64,000 bases of DNA, taken from an uncultured Gammaproteobacteria bacterium (lineage in GTDB: Bacteria; Pseudomonadota; Gammaproteobacteria; Steroidobacterales; Steroidobacteraceae). Both the position numbers and the translations under genes were made by a program. Positions within the stretch are counted from its first letter, which is position 1. Each line of letters starts with the position of its first letter. This document shows positions 60,837 through 64,000 of the stretch, one piece after another. The DNA is taken from the NCBI GenBank assembly GCA_963771615.1, contig CAVYUD010000001.1, positions 11,490 to 75,489 of the forward strand, in the 5' to 3' direction. The notes below the pieces were generated by a model. The model worked only from the letters and a program-made list of their open reading frames with translations. It had not been told where the DNA came from and ran no database searches.

Positions 60837-63233
60837 GTGAAAGTTACTTATCGATGGTTGCAGGAATTTACGCCGATCAGCCGCATCGCCTGCGGAGTTG
60901 GCGGCGCAGCTGACCATGGCCGGGCTCGAAGTCGAATCGCTGACGCCGGTGGCGCCGCCCTTTTCCGGCGTCGTGGTGGGCGAAGTGCTGGAGTCGGGGC
61001 GGCATCCGGATGCGGAAAAATTGTCGCTCTGCCAAGTCACCACGGATGGCACGAATCGATTGCAGATCGTCTGCGGTGCGAAAAATGTGCGCGCGGGTCT
61101 GAAGGTCGCCGTGGCCACGGTCGGCGCGCGGCTGCCGAACGATGTCGTCATCAAGCGCGCGACGCTGCGCGGGCAGGAGTCCAACGGCATGCTGTGTTCG
61201 GCGCGCGAACTGGGCTTGGGCGATGAACACGACGGCATCATGGAGCTGGCGGATTCGCTGCCGCTGAATCAAGATCTGCGCGAGGCCTTGGATCTGGACG
61301 ACTGCATTCTCGAAGTGAATGCGACGCCGAATCGCGGCGATTGCATGAGCGTATTCGGCATCGCGCGTGATTACGCCGCCGCCAGCACGCGCCGTCACCT
61401 CAAATTTGAAGGTAAGCCCATCGGCGCGAGCCAACAGGCGGTATTCCCCGTAGCGTTGGAATCCGCCGCCTGTCCGGTGCTTGCCACACGAGTGATTCGT
61501 GGCGTGCGTCAAAACGCACAATCGCCGCAGTGGCTGCGTGAGCGCTTGCGGCGGGTTGGGATCAACAGCATTTCCGCCGTCGTCGATGTCACCAACTACG
61601 TCATGACGGAGTTGGGCCAACCGTTGCATGCTTACGATGTCGCCAAGCTGAGCCAGCGAATCGTCGTGCGCGCGGCAAAGCCGAAAGAGCGCATTACGCT
61701 TCTGGATGACAAAGAATACGAGCTCGATCCGGAATTCTTGGTGATCGCCGATGCCAGCGGCGCAATCGGCCTTGCCGGCATCATGGGCGGGCGCGGGACC
61801 GCGATCTCGGATTCCACCACGGATGTCTGTTTTGAGTCCGCTCATTTCAGGCCCGACGCGATCGCGGGCCGTGCGCGGCGCTTAGGTCTTTTCACCGATG
61901 CTGCGCAGCGTTTTGAGCGCGGCGTTGATCCCAACCTGACGACGATTGCCATCGAGCGTGCCACTGAATTGCTGTTGGAATGTGCAGGCGGCGCGCCGGG
62001 TCCTACGCAAGTGAGCCGTCTCAAAGACGTGCCTGTGCTCGAAGATCATTGGGTGACTTTGCGTCGCGATCGGGTGACGCGATTGCTGGGCGCGCCCGTG
62101 CCGGACAACGAGGTGCACGCCGTCATCAGTGCCATCAGCGAGCGCGTCGAAGCCATGTCGGGTGGATGGAGGGTGCGGCGGCCCTCGCATCGCTTCGATA
62201 TCCGCATCGAAGCGGACCTCATCGAGGAGGTGGCGCGCTTGAGGGGTTTCGACAAGATCGAGGAGCATCATGCAACCGCTCCGCAAATTGCGGGTTCTGC
62301 AACCGAAGCGCAGGTTCCGAACGATCGCCTGCGTTGGGCCATCGCTGATCGGGGCTATCGCGAGATGATCAGCTACTCGTTCGTCGATCCGAATCTGCAG
62401 CAGCAGCTTTTCCCAGATGTCGCGGCCCTCAAACTCGCCAATCCCATCTCCGCGGACTTGAGCGAAATGCGCGTGTCGCTGTGGCCGGGCCTGGTGCACG
62501 CCTGCCGTGAAAATCTCCGCAGGCAGCAGTCTCGAGTTCGCTTATTCGAAATCGGCAATCGATTTGTCGTCAGCGCGTGAGTCCGGAAAGAACGACCTCG
62601 CAGGAGGTCGAGTCGCTCGGCGGAATCGCGACCGGCTCTCGATGGCCGCAACAGTGGGGCAGCAGTTCCGAGCCGGTGGATTTCTACGATGTGAAGTCCG
62701 ATGTGATGGATCTGCTGACGCTGACCGGCGATGCATCGAGCGTGCGATTCGTGCCTGAGGTGCTGCCTGTGTTGCGCCCCGGTCGCAGCGCGCGCATTTA
62801 TCGCAATGCAACGCCGATTGGCTGGATGGGAGAGATGCACCCACAAGTTGTCAAGGCGATCAATTTTCCGGCGACCGCATTTTTATTTGAATTAGATATC
62901 ACATCAGCATTTAAAGCGAAGCCATTGAAATATCAGAAGATATCAAAGTTCCCCAGCGTGCGACGAGATTTGGCCATCGTTGTAGACGAAAGCGTCCCTC
63001 TCGCAGTTTTGCAGGAAAATGTTACTGTTAGCGCGTCAGGTCTATTGAGCGAGTTGCGGGTGTTCGATGTCTATCGGGGCCCCAGCATAGAAACTGGACG
63101 AAAAAGTGTCGCTTTAGGCTTGATTTTACAGGACTCTTCCCGCACTCTTACTGACGTTGATGCAGATGCCGTGGTGACCGCAGTGGCTACCCGGTTACGG
63201 GATGTATTGAGCGCCACAATAAGAGATCAATAA
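60837..63233 (+). CDS. pheT: Phenylalanyl-tRNA synthetase beta subunit, two frameshifts as sequenced
   Basis: (GTG)KVTYRWLQEFTP..., then AAQLTMAGLEVESL..., tRNA-binding, B3/4 and B5 domains. The FDX-ACB C-terminus is in ORF 62577..63233. Shifts lie near 60885 and 62575. Confidence 0.9.
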
Positions 63234-63236
63234 GCA

Positions 63237-63542
63237 ATGGCAGCCCTAACGAAGGCAGAAATGGCGGAGGCCCTATTCGATCAATTGGGGCTGAACAAAC
63301 GCGAAGCACGTGAACTCGTTGATCTTTTTTTCGAAGAGATTCGTGCGGCGCTATCCTCAGGCGAGCAGGTGAAGCTTTCTGGTTTTGGAAACTTCGATCT
63401 GCGCGATAAAAATCGCCGCCCTGGGCGCAATCCGAAAACCGGTGAAGAGATTCCAATCAGCGCCCGTCGCGTTGTCACATTTCGTCCTGGTCAGAAACTG
63501 AAGGCGCGCGTCGAAGCATATGCTGGAACCAAGCAACAATAG
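63237..63542 (+). CDS. ihfA: Integration host factor subunit alpha
   Basis: [36 protein letters not shown]...[27 protein letters not shown]. Confidence 0.95.
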   Translation: MAALTKAEMAEALFDQLGLNKREARELVDLFFEEIRAALSSGEQVKLSGFGNFDLRDKNRRPGRNPKTGEEIPISARRVVTFRPGQKLKARVEAYAGTKQQ

Positions 63543-63876
63543 CGATCTGCCGCCGATTCCGGGGAAGCGCTACTTCACCATCGGCGAGGTGAGCGACTTA
63601 TGCGGCGTCAAGCCGCACGTGCTGCGATACTGGGAGCAGGAATTCCCGCAGCTCAAGCCGGTCAAGCGCCGCGGCAATCGGCGCTACTATCAGCGCCAGG
63701 ACGTGTTGATCATCCGGCAAATTCGCAGCCTGCTCTATGAGCAGGGCTTTACCATCGGCGGCGCACGTAATCGACTCACGGGCGACGATGCGCAGGTCGA
63801 TCTGAATCAGAGCCAGCAGTTGATTCATCAGATGCGCCTGGAACTCGAGGAACTGATCAAGATTCTGCGCCGCTGA
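63520..63876 (+). CDS. MerR-family transcriptional regulator
   Basis: ...[45 protein letters not shown]... It overlaps the ihfA 3' end. Confidence 0.85.
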   Translation: MLEPSNNSDLPPIPGKRYFTIGEVSDLCGVKPHVLRYWEQEFPQLKPVKRRGNRRYYQRQDVLIIRQIRSLLYEQGFTIGGARNRLTGDDAQVDLNQSQQLIHQMRLELEELIKILRR

Positions 63877-63931
63877 CGCTCGCGCGATTCAAAGTCTTTG
63901 CGGCCCAATTGGGCTATGATTCCCTTCCGGT

Positions 63932-64000
63932 CGGGGCGTGGCGCAGCCTGGTAGCGCACTTGCATGGGGTGCAAGGGGTCGCAAGTTCGAATCTTGTCGC
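63932..64000 (+). tRNA. tRNA-Pro (GGG), 3' end truncated by the window edge
   Basis: Manual fold: acceptor CGGGGCG, D-arm GCGC/GCGC, anticodon stem CTTGC/GCAAG with loop ATGGGGT, T-arm GCAAG-TTCGAAT-CTTGT. Confidence 0.85.

Overview
This is a GC-rich (~60%) proteobacterial chromosome segment. The thrS-infC-rpmI-rplT-pheS-pheT-ihfA-merR-tRNA-Pro arrangement suggests a gammaproteobacterium, but the taxon cannot be fixed from sequence alone.

Layout, left to right:
- 1-11 kb: an efflux module (EmrB-like MFS transporter plus NodT lipoprotein), an APC permease, a small low-GC islet, a frameshifted TonB-dependent receptor, an ArsR/SRPBCC pair, and membrane protein / alpha-beta hydrolase / redoxin genes.
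- 11-27.5 kb: a large exopolysaccharide (EPS) locus of the Wzx/Wzy type with EpsB/E/F/G/L-like export components, three glycosyltransferases, an unusual methyltransferase fusion and an adjacent Tat-secreted GH16 glycanase.
- 28-34.7 kb: a LysR-controlled RidA/PhzF cluster and a Big_2 + GloVer-repeat lipoprotein.
- 34.7-51.1 kb: a composite accessory region hanging on tRNA-Asn, delimited by four direct copies of the tRNA 3' end. It holds a ClC channel plus a GH3 beta-glucosidase, an IS481-family element, and a ~9.1 kb integrase/replication/prohead-protease/HK97-capsid element with a low-GC three-gene cargo operon.
- 51-64 kb: a housekeeping block (aminotransferase, uvrB, coiled-coil FHA protein, tRNA-Val, thrS, infC, rpmI, rplT, pheST, ihfA, merR, tRNA-Pro).

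The most interesting candidate is the minimal capsid-encoding, satellite-like integrative element and its uncharacterised cargo operon.

Caveat: many genes carry +/-1 indel frameshifts, often in short homopolymer or repeat tracts. These cluster in conserved housekeeping genes and are absent from 11,043-34,673, the block running from the EPS locus through the GloVer gene. Most 'pseudogenes' here are therefore probably assembly artefacts.
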